64,000 bases of DNA from an uncultured Elusimicrobia bacterium (GTDB lineage Bacteria > Elusimicrobiota > Elusimicrobia > 2-01-FULL-59-12). Position numbers and translations under genes: made by a program. The stretch covers positions 2,048,001-2,112,000 of the forward strand of contig OY969767.1 of assembly GCA_963702895.1 (NCBI GenBank), written 5' to 3'. The notes beneath the pieces are model-generated. The model was not told the origin of the DNA, ran no database searches, and saw nothing but the letters and a program-made list of their open reading frames with translations. Position 1 is the stretch's first letter, and every line of letters starts with the position of its first letter. Shown here piece by piece: positions 52,122 to 61,938 of the stretch.

Positions 52122-53371
52122 TCCTCGCTATCGACACGCGCCTGAGTTCCACCAAAACGCAGGAAACGGTCAGCATGACGCTGGCGATCCTCTTGCACGC
52201 GCTCCTGCTGTATTGGGATCCCACGCTCCTGACCAGCCATTACAAACCCATCCACGATTTCGTCACGATCGATATCGTGGAGCAAGCGGCACCCGGCGGT
52301 TTTGAGCAGCCGGCGCCCAAAAAGATGAGCCTGATGGACACTTTGAAGGACATGCTCATGAAGCCTCGCGAGGAGCAAATCGCGCATGTGGCGCCACAGC
52401 AGCCCTTCGTGAACAAAGTGGCCGCCCCGGTGCAGCCTGCTCTTCAAAACAAGAACATGCCGAAACCCATCGCCACGAGCTTTCAGCCCAAGAGCCAGAT
52501 GGAAGACCTCGCCTCGGCGAGCTCTCCGAATGCCATTAAAACGGATTCCAAGAATTTCAATATTCCTACGCCCGGCCCTACCCTCACGACAAAGAGCTAT
52601 GGCGGGATCAAAGCCAAGGACCTTCCGTTCCAAGTGGGGACCGACCAGCAGTTGGCAGGCGGCTCAGCCGTTATACCCATCGCGGTTGGCAATTCGTCCG
52701 CCAAAGGCGCTCTGGGCTACAGCAATCCCTCCTTGAAGGATGCGGGTAAAAGCAAAGGGATCAGCGTGTCCAGTCTTGGATCAGGCCCTTCCCGTGATAT
52801 CAGTTCGATCGGTGGCGGAGCATCTTCCACCATCGAGATTTCAGGCACCGGCGGCACGGGCAACGCTCCGACCGGAGCCACCCATGGGCAAGTTCTCAGC
52901 GATCGATCCGGTGGACCGGGAGGCGGCGGGCGCGTGGCAGGGAGCTGGTTCGGATCGGGACGCAGTGGCGGCGGTTTTGGGGCAGGTGTTCAAGGCATCC
53001 CCAGCGCGGCAGCGGACTTGGACGCGCAACTCGCAGCTTCCGCCAGCGGCTCAGGCCGCGGCATGAAATCGAAGAAAGGCTTTGAGATTGCCGGCCCCCT
53101 CAACAACCGAACGATTGTGAGAAAAGTAATCCCACAATATCCGGCTTGGGCCGAAGAACAGGGCATTATCGGCTCTGTTCGTATATGGTTCATGGTCACA
53201 GGCGATGGGCAGGTGCGCTCCAATATGCGTCTGACCAAGACCACGGGATACCCCGAGCTGGACAAATTGGCTCTGGACGCCCTCCGACAATGGCGATTTG
53301 CCAGCTTCAGCTCGGGGGATGAAGCCGGCCAATGGGGCATCATCACCTTCACGTTCTCGCTGTCCTCTTAA
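52118..53371 (+). CDS. tonB: TonB family energy transducer
   Basis: TM helix with S...LLH, P/G-rich linker, C-terminal PQYPAWAEEQGIIGSV...LDKLALDALRQWRF. Confidence 0.88.
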   Translation: MILAIDTRLSSTKTQETVSMTLAILLHALLLYWDPTLLTSHYKPIHDFVTIDIVEQAAPGGFEQPAPKKMSLMDTLKDMLMKPREEQIAHVAPQQPFVNKVAAPVQPALQNKNMPKPIATSFQPKSQMEDLASASSPNAIKTDSKNFNIPTPGPTLTTKSYGGIKAKDLPFQVGTDQQLAGGSAVIPIAVGNSSAKGALGYSNPSLKDAGKSKGISVSSLGSGPSRDISSIGGGASSTIEISGTGGTGNAPTGATHGQVLSDRSGGPGGGGRVAGSWFGSGRSGGGFGAGVQGIPSAAADLDAQLAASASGSGRGMKSKKGFEIAGPLNNRTIVRKVIPQYPAWAEEQGIIGSVRIWFMVTGDGQVRSNMRLTKTTGYPELDKLALDALRQWRFASFSSGDEAGQWGIITFTFSLSS

Positions 53372-53382
53372 GGAGAAAACGG

Positions 53383-54432
53383 ATGTCGAACAGGCCTTAT
53401 CCATCGAAGCATGGGAGCGCGAACCAGGGACTCTCGGTCCTGGTGCTCTTCACGCTTCTGTCCTCGGCAGGGTCCACTCCTGTCTGGAGCGCCAAGCCGG
53501 CCAAGACGGGATCCGCCACCAAGAAGGCGGCGCCCGCTCCGGCGGCAGCCCCTGCTGACACACACGCGCCAGCGCCGAAGGCGGTCCCGACTTCGACGGT
53601 CAAGCAAGTCAAAGAAGGAGAACTTAACGTCAGTATCACAGGCGAGCTCAAAGACAAGATGACAATTGGGAAAATCGATCCACCCGCGGCCTTCAACCTG
53701 GAGGACATCCAGAACTTCCCTCAGGAGAGGCTGCAGCCCGTGCTGAACAATCCCATTACCTTTGAAGAAGGGCGAGACTTCTCAAGCATGATGGACTCCC
53801 TCGATGATAAAGTGGTCCACCCGTGGCTCCCCGAGATCCCCCGAGAGCCCTTTTTGACCATGAAGGTGCAGTTGGAGAAGCCCACCAAGGACTGGCGCTT
53901 CTCCGTGATCGACCAGGGCGGCACGCCCGTGTCCTCCCAGGAGGGAAAAGGCTCTCCCCCCGACACGTTCACCTGGTCGGGTGAAGACAAGAGCCGCGGC
54001 CATATGGCGGTGGATACCGTCTACATCCCCCAGCTTTCGACCACCGACAAAGAAGGCTACCGGCACACGTATATGGGCCATCCGGCGCAATTTGCCACTT
54101 TTCTATTGAATGACAAGGGCCGTTCTACGATCGAGATCTCAAGTAAAAGGCTCTTTTTAGAAAACAAAGCAGAGTTCACCAAAGAAGCGCCGGTCCTTCT
54201 TGAGAAGGTCTGCGATTTCATCCGTGAAGAAGCGCGCATCCCTTTCGCGATCCAGGTCTTTGACATGAATCTGGAGTTGGGCAAGTCCCGCCAAGACACG
54301 CTTGCGAAATATCTCAGCGAAAATCTCATGATTTCCCCTTCCCAAATCACGCTCCTTGGCACGGCTGCCGCGGATAAGCGTGGACAGGCGATCGCGCTCA
54401 CGTTGAATAACACGCCGGGAGGCTCCGAATGA
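53383..54432 (+). CDS. Secreted protein with FlgD-Ig-like and degenerate OmpA-like domains
   Basis: ATG 53383 with SD AGGAGA; WRFSVID...FTWSGED and LF...LLEKV...LELGKSR patterns. Confidence 0.55.
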   Translation: MSNRPYPSKHGSANQGLSVLVLFTLLSSAGSTPVWSAKPAKTGSATKKAAPAPAAAPADTHAPAPKAVPTSTVKQVKEGELNVSITGELKDKMTIGKIDPPAAFNLEDIQNFPQERLQPVLNNPITFEEGRDFSSMMDSLDDKVVHPWLPEIPREPFLTMKVQLEKPTKDWRFSVIDQGGTPVSSQEGKGSPPDTFTWSGEDKSRGHMAVDTVYIPQLSTTDKEGYRHTYMGHPAQFATFLLNDKGRSTIEISSKRLFLENKAEFTKEAPVLLEKVCDFIREEARIPFAIQVFDMNLELGKSRQDTLAKYLSENLMISPSQITLLGTAAADKRGQAIALTLNNTPGGSE

Positions 54433-55028
54433 AAACCTCAAGGATTCTTCTCCGTTGGTCCGTGCTCCTGGCAGCGTTTTGTGTTCTATCTCCGGGTGCG
54501 CAAGCGGAAGACCGGACGGGCTCTGCCGATCAGAGCGACAGTAACTATTACTGGCAGGGAACGCAGCTCTACAACCTCGGACGGCTGGGGGAGGCCTTTG
54601 AGAGCTTTGAGAAGGCGATCCAGCGTAAACAAAACTCCAAAGAAGCGGAAGCCTATTTGCTCCAGATCCGTCAAGAAATCGTGACCAACGCCAAGAAACG
54701 CTCGAACGAGAGCAGGGCTCTGGAATATGGCGGCAACAGCCCCGACACGGCGCTCAACATCGCTTATGTCGAGAAAGGTTTTATTCGCGTGACGGTGCTG
54801 GCGAAGTTCCTCTTCGATGAAAACACCACGTCACTGAAGACCGGCGCGATGGAAGTGATCAACAAACTGGCGAACGTCCTGCAGAACAAAGAAGGCCAGC
54901 GCGTGCAGGTGACACTTGTGAATGAACTCGATAATATTGTGAATGCTCGCGACGTCGACGCGGAACGGGCGCTGCTCGTCTTTTCACTTCTGAACCTTAA
55001 GCGCCTGGCCCCTGAAAACCCCGCCTAA
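54429..55028 (+). CDS. Secreted TPR plus degenerate OmpA-like protein
   Basis: Signal peptide AQA; one TPR (YWQGTQLYNLGRLGEAFESFEKAI); LFDENTTSLK...INKLANVL. Confidence 0.55.
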   Translation: MKTSRILLRWSVLLAAFCVLSPGAQAEDRTGSADQSDSNYYWQGTQLYNLGRLGEAFESFEKAIQRKQNSKEAEAYLLQIRQEIVTNAKKRSNESRALEYGGNSPDTALNIAYVEKGFIRVTVLAKFLFDENTTSLKTGAMEVINKLANVLQNKEGQRVQVTLVNELDNIVNARDVDAERALLVFSLLNLKRLAPENPA

Positions 55029-55043
55029 AGCTCGAAGCTCCCC

Positions 55044-55532
55044 TCAAGCAAGACGTTTTTTCACAAAGGGCATCAGTCCGCCCGCGCGGATCAGTTCCTG
55101 CATAAAGGGTGGGAAGGCTTGCGCCTGGTAGGTTTTCCCCTTCGTGCTGTTTCGGATGAGGCCTTTGTCGAGATCGACCTCGAGCTGGTCACCGGACTCC
55201 GCCTCGCGAGCGGCCTCCGGGCATTCCAGGATCGGCATGCCGATGTTGATGCAATTACGGAAGAAGATCCGTGCAAAAGACTCGGCGATCACCAGCCCCA
55301 GACCCATCCCTTTGATGGCCAGCGGCGCATGCTCACGGCTTGAGCCGCAACCGAAATTGCGTCCGGCCACAAGAATATCTCCGGCCTTGGCCTTGCGTGG
55401 AAAGTCCGCGTCTGCGATTTCCATGCAATGCTGAGCGAGTTCCTTGGGATCCGTCGTGACCAGATACTTGGCAGGGATAATTTGATCAGTGTCGACATTA
55501 TCGCCGAACTTATAAGCAGTTCCCTTCATCAT
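55044..55532 (-). CDS. leuD: 3-isopropylmalate dehydratase small subunit
   Basis: DNVDTDQIIPA, NFGCGSSREHA, SFARIFFRN. Confidence 0.95.
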   Translation of the reverse strand: MMKGTAYKFGDNVDTDQIIPAKYLVTTDPKELAQHCMEIADADFPRKAKAGDILVAGRNFGCGSSREHAPLAIKGMGLGLVIAESFARIFFRNCINIGMPILECPEAAREAESGDQLEVDLDKGLIRNSTKGKTYQAQAFPPFMQELIRAGGLMPFVKKRLA

Positions 55533-56812
55533 ATGGCCACCTTCCTCTTTCCAACGATCTCCTCCGGATGACAGACGTAGCCCGCGATGGCGCTCGCGGT
55601 CACCACGGCGGGGTTGGCGAGATAAACTTTGGAATCCCGGTGGCCCATACGGCCGGGGAAGTTCCTGTTCGAGGACGAAATACAGACTTCATCGGGCCCC
55701 AAGACGCCCATATGGCCCCCCAGGCACGGCCCGCAAGTGGCGGCCGATACAATGGCCTCCGACTCCATAAAGATATCGATGAGACCCTCCTTGAGGGCCT
55801 GCCGGTAGATGTTCTGTGTGGCCGGGATCACCATGAAGCGGATCCCCTTGGCCACTTTCTTGCCTTGAAGGATTTTGGCCGCGATACGCAGGTCCTCGAT
55901 GCGACCATTGGTGCAAGAACCCAGGAATGCGGAATGGATTTTTGCGCCTGAGACTTTGCTCACACCTGCCACCTTGTCGGGCAGATTCGGTTGGGCGACC
56001 TGCGGTTCCATGCCGGTCATGTCCCAGTCATAGGAGGCGCAGAATTTGGCGTCTGGGTCACTTTTGACGATCGTATAAGGGCGTTTGGCGCGTCCTTTGA
56101 GATAGGCCTCCGTGACCTCATCGGCTTCAATGAAACCGCTTTTACCACCAGCCTCAATCACCATATTGGTGATGGTGAGGCGCGCCTCCATGGAGAGACC
56201 CCGGACCGCGGGTCCCGTAAATTCCATGTTGCGGTAGAGAGCGCCATCAAACGTGATTTGGCCAATGGTGTAGAGAATGAGATCTTTCCCTGTCACCCAA
56301 GGATCGAGCTTCCCGCGGTAGTGAAAGCGCATCGTCTCCGGCACCTTGAGCCAGATCTCGCCGGTGGCCATGACGGCGGCCAGGTCCGTTGAACCCACCC
56401 CTGTGGAAAAGAGTCCCAGTCCGCCGTAGGTACAGGAATGAGAATCCGCGCCAATCACGACATCCCCCGGAACGACGAGCCCCAGTTCCGGCAAAAGCGA
56501 ATGTTCGACGCCGCCGCGCCCCTCGTCAAAGAAGAGTGGGAGGTCGTAGTGTGTCGCGAAAGCCCGCGCGACCGCGGCCTGGGCCGCCGATTGGATATCC
56601 TTGGCCGGCACGAAGTGCGAAAAGACGATGGCGATCCGTTCTTTGTTCCAGAGCTTGTGAATGCCGTGCTGTTCCAGCGCCTTAATCGCGATGGGAGCGG
56701 TCACATCATTGGCCATGGCCAGATCCGCTTTGGCCAGAATAAATTCCCCTGGCTCCACCGATTTCTTCCCCGCGTGAGACGCGAGGATCTTCTGCATCGC
56801 TGTCTGTCCCAT
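55529..56812 (-). CDS. leuC: 3-isopropylmalate dehydratase large subunit (homoaconitase-like clade)
   Basis: GADSHSCTYG, GSCTNGR, CGPCLG, NRNFPGRMG. Confidence 0.95.
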   Translation of the reverse strand: MGQTAMQKILASHAGKKSVEPGEFILAKADLAMANDVTAPIAIKALEQHGIHKLWNKERIAIVFSHFVPAKDIQSAAQAAVARAFATHYDLPLFFDEGRGGVEHSLLPELGLVVPGDVVIGADSHSCTYGGLGLFSTGVGSTDLAAVMATGEIWLKVPETMRFHYRGKLDPWVTGKDLILYTIGQITFDGALYRNMEFTGPAVRGLSMEARLTITNMVIEAGGKSGFIEADEVTEAYLKGRAKRPYTIVKSDPDAKFCASYDWDMTGMEPQVAQPNLPDKVAGVSKVSGAKIHSAFLGSCTNGRIEDLRIAAKILQGKKVAKGIRFMVIPATQNIYRQALKEGLIDIFMESEAIVSAATCGPCLGGHMGVLGPDEVCISSSNRNFPGRMGHRDSKVYLANPAVVTASAIAGYVCHPEEIVGKRKVAI

Positions 56813-56828
56813 AACTACCCTTTCACTT

Positions 56829-56929
56829 CGTCACCCCGGCGTAAGCCGGGGTCTATCATGATGGATCCGACACACTGCAGTCGGACGCCTGTTGTGTGGC
56901 GTCCCGGCTTACGACGCGCCGGGATGACG
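56829..56929. repeat. REP-like palindrome pair (GTCAYCCC...GGGATGAC family) overlapping leuA 3' end
   Basis: cgtcaccccggcgtaagccggggtc ... gtcccggc...gccgggatgacg. Confidence 0.7.
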
Positions 56930-58471
56930 TTTTTTATCTCTTCTTCTTTTTGCTTGACTTAGCTTGTTGATCGCGTTGAGATAGGCCTTGGCGCTGGCTT
57001 CAATGATATCCGTGGAGGCTCCGCGTCCGAGGATCGTGAGGCCGCCGTCTTCGATACGGATCGTGACCTCGCCCTGAGCGTCTTTGCCGCTGGTAATGGC
57101 ATGCAGGTTGTAGTCCACGAGCTTCGGTTTGAGTCCCACCACCTTATCAATCGCCTTGGTGGTCGCATCGACTGGGCCGTCCCCTTGGGCTGTGCCTTCC
57201 AAAACCTCGCCATCCGCTTTGCGGATACGGACAATGGCCGTCGGGGTCGCGTCCGATCGGGAAGAGGCCTCGAAAAATTCCAGAACATAGTCTTCCTTCA
57301 CGTCCGTCACTTCTTGCTCGACCAGGGCCAGCAAATCATCGTCAAAGACATAGCGCTTTTTGTCCGCGAGGGCCTTAAAACGAATAAACATATCATCCAG
57401 CTGCTTCTTGTTGAGCTTATAACCCAGGTGTTTGAGGCGGTTTCCTAAAGCGTGACGACCGCTCCGCGAGGTGAGCAGAAGCTGGGACTCTTCCACTCCG
57501 ACATCCTCCGGGTTCATGATTTCATAGGTTTGCCGGTATTTCAGGATGCCGTCCTGGTGGATGCCGGAAGAGTGAGCAAAGGCATTGGCGCCCACAATCG
57601 CCTTATTCGGAGGGACCACGACCCCCGTCAGCGAGGAGACCAGCCGGCTGGTTTTCGCAATCTCCTTAGTATGAATGCCGGTCGTAACACCAAAAAGGGA
57701 GGACCGCGTTTTGAGCGCCATCACCACTTCTTCAAGGCTCGTGTTGCCCGCGCGCTCGCCAAGACCATTGATCGTACACTCCACCTGACGCACACCCGCC
57801 TGCACAGCCGCCAGGGAATTGGCGACCGAAAGCCCGAGATCATCCTGGCAATGGGTGGACATGATGGTTTGATGGATATTCGGTACCATTTCAAAGATTT
57901 TCCGGAACATGTTCCCGTACTCCCAGGGAATCGCAAAGCCGGTTGTGTCCGGTAGGTTGACGGTCGTGGCCCCGGCGGCAATAACGGCCTCGACCACTTT
58001 GGCCAAGAAGTGAATGTCGGTCCGCGTCGAGTCTTCCGCGGAAAACTCGACGGAATCCGCGTACTTGCGAGCCAGTTTCACCGATTCCACGGCGCGCGCC
58101 AAGACCTGATCGCGCGTCATATGCAGCTTGTGTTCCAAGTGGATATCGGAGGTCGCGATAAAGACGTGGACGCGCGGTCGTTTGGCGGGCTTGACCGCTT
58201 CCGCGCAGGCCTCAATGTCACCCTTGACGCAACGGGCAAGGCCGCAGATCTCCGGGGCATTGGGTGCTCGCCCTACGGATTTGGCGATATTTTTTACCGC
58301 TTCGAGATCTCCCAAAGAGGATACTGGAAACCCCCCTTCAATGACGTCGACACCCAAACGGTAGAGCTGCTCCGCCACCTGCAATTTCTGCTCCGGCCCC
58401 AGGCTACAGCCCGGCGCCTGCTCCCCGTCCCTTAAGGTTGTGTCAAAAATGATGATTCGGTTCTTGTCCAT
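56909..58471 (-). CDS. leuA: 2-isopropylmalate synthase
   Basis: FDTTLRDGEQ, GLGERAGN, HSSGIHQDG, GDGPVDA regulatory domain. Start at ATG 58471. Confidence 0.95.
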   Translation of the reverse strand: MDKNRIIIFDTTLRDGEQAPGCSLGPEQKLQVAEQLYRLGVDVIEGGFPVSSLGDLEAVKNIAKSVGRAPNAPEICGLARCVKGDIEACAEAVKPAKRPRVHVFIATSDIHLEHKLHMTRDQVLARAVESVKLARKYADSVEFSAEDSTRTDIHFLAKVVEAVIAAGATTVNLPDTTGFAIPWEYGNMFRKIFEMVPNIHQTIMSTHCQDDLGLSVANSLAAVQAGVRQVECTINGLGERAGNTSLEEVVMALKTRSSLFGVTTGIHTKEIAKTSRLVSSLTGVVVPPNKAIVGANAFAHSSGIHQDGILKYRQTYEIMNPEDVGVEESQLLLTSRSGRHALGNRLKHLGYKLNKKQLDDMFIRFKALADKKRYVFDDDLLALVEQEVTDVKEDYVLEFFEASSRSDATPTAIVRIRKADGEVLEGTAQGDGPVDATTKAIDKVVGLKPKLVDYNLHAITSGKDAQGEVTIRIEDGGLTILGRGASTDIIEASAKAYLNAINKLSQAKRRRDKKRHPGAS

Positions 58472-58473
58472 CG

Positions 58474-59307
58474 TTATCTCCCTGTTGTGCTCGTCCACTC
58501 GTCCTTGGAGCCCACGTCCGTCTTGCGCCGGCCGTAGAGGCTATCGCCGGCCATGCTTTTGGCTCGCTGGGCACGATAGAACCGCCAAGCGAGCGAGAAA
58601 AGCCCGGCCAGCACATACAGAGAAAAGACAATAAAGATCATGTTCTGCGGGTACGTAAAAATGAGCAGGATCCCGACGAGAAGAAACGCGAGATTTTGCA
58701 GGGACTTGGGACGACCCAGTTTCATCTGTTTAAAATTGCTGTATTGGACCGTGGAAACCATGAGAAACGAAAGCATGATCATCGCCAGCGGCACGAACTT
58801 GAAAAAGAACGGCATCCTTTTCATGAGGATCGGAATCGTCTTGAACGTGATGATCCCCTCCCCAAAGAGCTCATAGCTTAGGACAAAGGATGCCAAGAGA
58901 ACGGCCGCCGCTGGCACCGGTAGTCCCACGAAATAAGCGGAGGTTTCCCCGGCCTGGGCACGGAGGTTGAAACGCGCCAGGCGCACGGCTGCCATCATGA
59001 CGAAAAAGACCGCGATCATGTACCCTGGGCGTCCCAAGGGCTGCAGCGCGACCTGGTACATTAAAAAGGCTGGAGCCACACCAAAGGTGACGACATCGCA
59101 CAGAGAATCAAGCTCCACGCCAAACTGGCTTGTGGCACCGGCCCATCGCGCCACACGACCGTCCAGAATGTCCAGGATGACGCCCGCGATGATGCACCAA
59201 GCCGCGGATGACAAGTGATCCCCGGCCGCGTAGATGATCGACATCACGCCCGCGGCGAGGTTGCCTAAGGTGAGGAGGCTCGGGAATAAGTAGATGCCTT
59301 TTTTCAT
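58474..59307 (-). CDS. pssA: CDP-diacylglycerol--serine O-phosphatidyltransferase
   Basis: DILDGRVAR...SQFGVELDSLCDVVTFGVAP, RLARFN. Start at ATG 59307. Confidence 0.95.
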   Translation of the reverse strand: MKKGIYLFPSLLTLGNLAAGVMSIIYAAGDHLSSAAWCIIAGVILDILDGRVARWAGATSQFGVELDSLCDVVTFGVAPAFLMYQVALQPLGRPGYMIAVFFVMMAAVRLARFNLRAQAGETSAYFVGLPVPAAAVLLASFVLSYELFGEGIITFKTIPILMKRMPFFFKFVPLAMIMLSFLMVSTVQYSNFKQMKLGRPKSLQNLAFLLVGILLIFTYPQNMIFIVFSLYVLAGLFSLAWRFYRAQRAKSMAGDSLYGRRKTDVGSKDEWTSTTGR

Positions 59308-59951
59308 CGCCTTGCCAAAATGGTATCCCCCGCCGTGACCCGATCGCCCGCTTTCACTCGGACCTCGCACGCCTTGGGCAACACCACGTCCACCTGGGAA
59401 CCAAACCGGATGAGCCCGATCCGCTCGCCAGCCTTCACGGACTGGCCCTCACGGACCCAGCAGACGATTCGCCGCGCGATCAGCCCCGCAATCTGGGTCA
59501 CAACAAGCCGCATCGGTCCGTGGGTGGCTTCGATGACCACGCGGTTTTGCTCATTTTCAAACGCCGCACGGGGGTCTCGCGCGTCCAGGAACTTCCCCCT
59601 TTTATAGTCGATTTTCTGCACACGGCCAGAGACCGGGGAGCGCTGAAGATGCGGGTCGAAAACCGATAAAAAAATCCGGATGATCCAAACCGGCCCAGAC
59701 AAGGTCGGGTCGGTCCCTTCGATGACTTCCAGAACTTTGCCGTCCGCGGGACAAAGCACGAGCGACTCGTCCTGGGGGATGACCCGCAGTGGATCGCGAA
59801 AGAAATAGACACAAAACGCGGTGAGAAGAAAGAAGACCACGGCCAACGCGAGGAAGGAGCGGAGCATCAGAAAGATGCTGCTCAGAAGAAAGAAATGACT
59901 GACGAGCAGGCATCCGATGATGAACGGCCAACCTTCGCGAACGATACGCAT
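59304..59951 (-). CDS. psd: Phosphatidylserine decarboxylase
   Basis: FFRDP, PADG, QIAGLIARRI, IRFGSQVD. Confidence 0.95.
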   Translation of the reverse strand: MRIVREGWPFIIGCLLVSHFFLLSSIFLMLRSFLALAVVFFLLTAFCVYFFRDPLRVIPQDESLVLCPADGKVLEVIEGTDPTLSGPVWIIRIFLSVFDPHLQRSPVSGRVQKIDYKRGKFLDARDPRAAFENEQNRVVIEATHGPMRLVVTQIAGLIARRIVCWVREGQSVKAGERIGLIRFGSQVDVVLPKACEVRVKAGDRVTAGDTILARR

Positions 59952-59963
59952 GCGCGTGTGGGG

Positions 59964-61004
59964 CTAGTGGGAGGCCACGGGTTTGCGTGCTGGGGCGTTC
60001 CGGTCCATGCCCTTTTTCTGAAGCCAGGGCATCATGGAGCGCAGCACAGCGCCGACCTTTTCGATGGGGTGTGAAGCGTAGGCCTCTTTCATACGGGTAA
60101 AGTTTTTCCGTCCCGCTTTGTCTTCGGCGATCCACTCCTTCGCGAAGGCGCCGGATTGGATTTCACCCAGAATCTTTTTCATCTCTTCTTTGGTCTTGGG
60201 TGTAATGATGCGCGGCCCGCGTGTAAATTCCCCGTATTTGGCGGTATCGGAGATCGAGTGGTTCATCCAGTCAAGGCCGCCCTCGTAGATGAGGTCGACA
60301 ATGAGCTTCACTTCATGGAGACATTCAAAATACGCGGATTCCGGCTGATAGCCGGCCTCGATGAGGGTCTCATACCCGTTTTTGATAAGCTCCACGAGAC
60401 CCCCGCACAGAACCACCTGCTCGCCGAAGAGATCCGTCTCCGTCTCTTCCTTGAAAGTGGTCTCCAGGGTCCCCGCTTTGGTGCAGCCAATGCCCTTCGC
60501 GTAGGCGAGCGCCATGGCTTTGGCATCACCTGTCGCGTCTTGGAAGATGGCGACCAGGCCCGGTGTGCCTCCCCCCTCCTCAAACGTGCGGCGCACGAGG
60601 TGCCCAGGACCTTTGGGAGCGACCATCACCACATCCAAGTGATTCGGCGGAAGGATCGTTTTAAAGTGAATATTAAAGCCATGGGAAAAACCCAGCACGG
60701 CGCCTTTCCGGATATGGGGAGCGACGTCTTGGGCCCAAACCTCCGCTTGCGCGGTATCCGGAAGGAGCATCTGCACGTAATCAGCGCCTTTGACGGCATC
60801 CGCGACGGTTTGCACGTTCCAGCCATGGCTCGCCGCCAAGTCCCACGTTTTGCCGCCAGGGCGGGTCCCAATGACAACCTGGGCGCCCGAATCGCGAAGA
60901 TTGAGCGCATGGGCGTGCCCTTGAGAGCCGTAGCCCAGCATGGCGATCTTTTTGTGCTTGAGTAAATTAAAATCCGCGTCTTTGTCGTAATAGACCGTAG
61001 CCAT
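59964..61004 (-). CDS. ilvC: Ketol-acid reductoisomerase
   Basis: [25 protein letters not shown]. Confidence 0.97.
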   Translation of the reverse strand: MATVYYDKDADFNLLKHKKIAMLGYGSQGHAHALNLRDSGAQVVIGTRPGGKTWDLAASHGWNVQTVADAVKGADYVQMLLPDTAQAEVWAQDVAPHIRKGAVLGFSHGFNIHFKTILPPNHLDVVMVAPKGPGHLVRRTFEEGGGTPGLVAIFQDATGDAKAMALAYAKGIGCTKAGTLETTFKEETETDLFGEQVVLCGGLVELIKNGYETLIEAGYQPESAYFECLHEVKLIVDLIYEGGLDWMNHSISDTAKYGEFTRGPRIITPKTKEEMKKILGEIQSGAFAKEWIAEDKAGRKNFTRMKEAYASHPIEKVGAVLRSMMPWLQKKGMDRNAPARKPVASH

Positions 61005-61534
61005 CAGTTCTCTCCGTCTTTCTTTTTTCCCCCGCGCGCCATCGCGATGATGCCGGTGCGAACCATCTCTTTGATCCCGAAAGGCTTGAGCAGGGTTTCC
61101 AGGGCCTCGATTTTATCCTCGCCGCCCGTGATTTCCACAATCAGGGAATCTCCGGCGACGTCGACGATGCGGGCGCGGAAGATATCGACAATCTGGAAAA
61201 TCTCACTTTTCGTGCTCTTGTCCGCCTTGACTTTGATGAGGGCCAGATCGCGCTCAATATGCGCTTGGCCCTCGTAGTTCTGGACTTTGATGACATCGAT
61301 GAGCTTGTTGAGCTGCTTTTCCACCTGTTCCAGGACCGCTTCGGAGCCACTGGCGACAATCGTCATCCGCGAGACCGCGGGATCCTCGGTTTCACCGACC
61401 GCCAGGCTGTCGATATTAAACCCCCGCGCGGCGAAGAGCGTGGCGATGCGGGCCAGCACCCCGAATTTATTTTCGACCGTGACCGAAATCGTGCGCTTCA
61501 GAATCGGCGATAGGGTGGCTTCTGTTCCGTTCAT
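61004..61534 (-). CDS. ilvN: Acetolactate synthase small subunit
   Basis: [11 protein letters not shown]...[23 protein letters not shown]. Confidence 0.96.
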   Translation of the reverse strand: MNGTEATLSPILKRTISVTVENKFGVLARIATLFAARGFNIDSLAVGETEDPAVSRMTIVASGSEAVLEQVEKQLNKLIDVIKVQNYEGQAHIERDLALIKVKADKSTKSEIFQIVDIFRARIVDVAGDSLIVEITGGEDKIEALETLLKPFGIKEMVRTGIIAMARGGKKKDGEN

Positions 61535-61887
61535 TTTTGAGTTCTCTCGATCAGTTCGTTAATGAGTTCCGCCAAATGCACGAGCGGATCTCCATCGCGT
61601 AAATTCAATTTATGCCGGGGGTTCGCCCCATGCAGCAGGGCGTCCAAATCCTTCTCGATGCGGTACAGGGGCCCCGCGATTTTGCGTGACACCAAGATGG
61701 ACGCGATCGCGCCAAAGCCAATCGCTGGCGCGATACGCCATACCCAGTCTTTGATCCACAGTGAGAGCCAAGCCGTTGCCCCCAAAGAAAAAAAGACCCC
61801 TGCGGCAACCAGCCAGAGGATTCTCATTTGCGTTTCTTTCGTAACGATAAGACGCAGCGGATTGCGCCGCTCGGAAGTGCCAGACAC
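61531..61887 (-). CDS. Small two-TM membrane protein with HAMP-like C-terminus
   Basis: Two hydrophobic helices, then SRKIAGPLYRIE...LRDGD...LAELINEL. TGcTATAAT lies just upstream of the GTG. Confidence 0.6.
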   Translation of the reverse strand: MSGTSERRNPLRLIVTKETQMRILWLVAAGVFFSLGATAWLSLWIKDWVWRIAPAIGFGAIASILVSRKIAGPLYRIEKDLDALLHGANPRHKLNLRDGDPLVHLAELINELIERTQK

Positions 61888-61938
61888 TGAGAGGCATTAT
61901 AGCAAGAACTCTTGACTCGGGGACGTCTCCCGTCTGTC

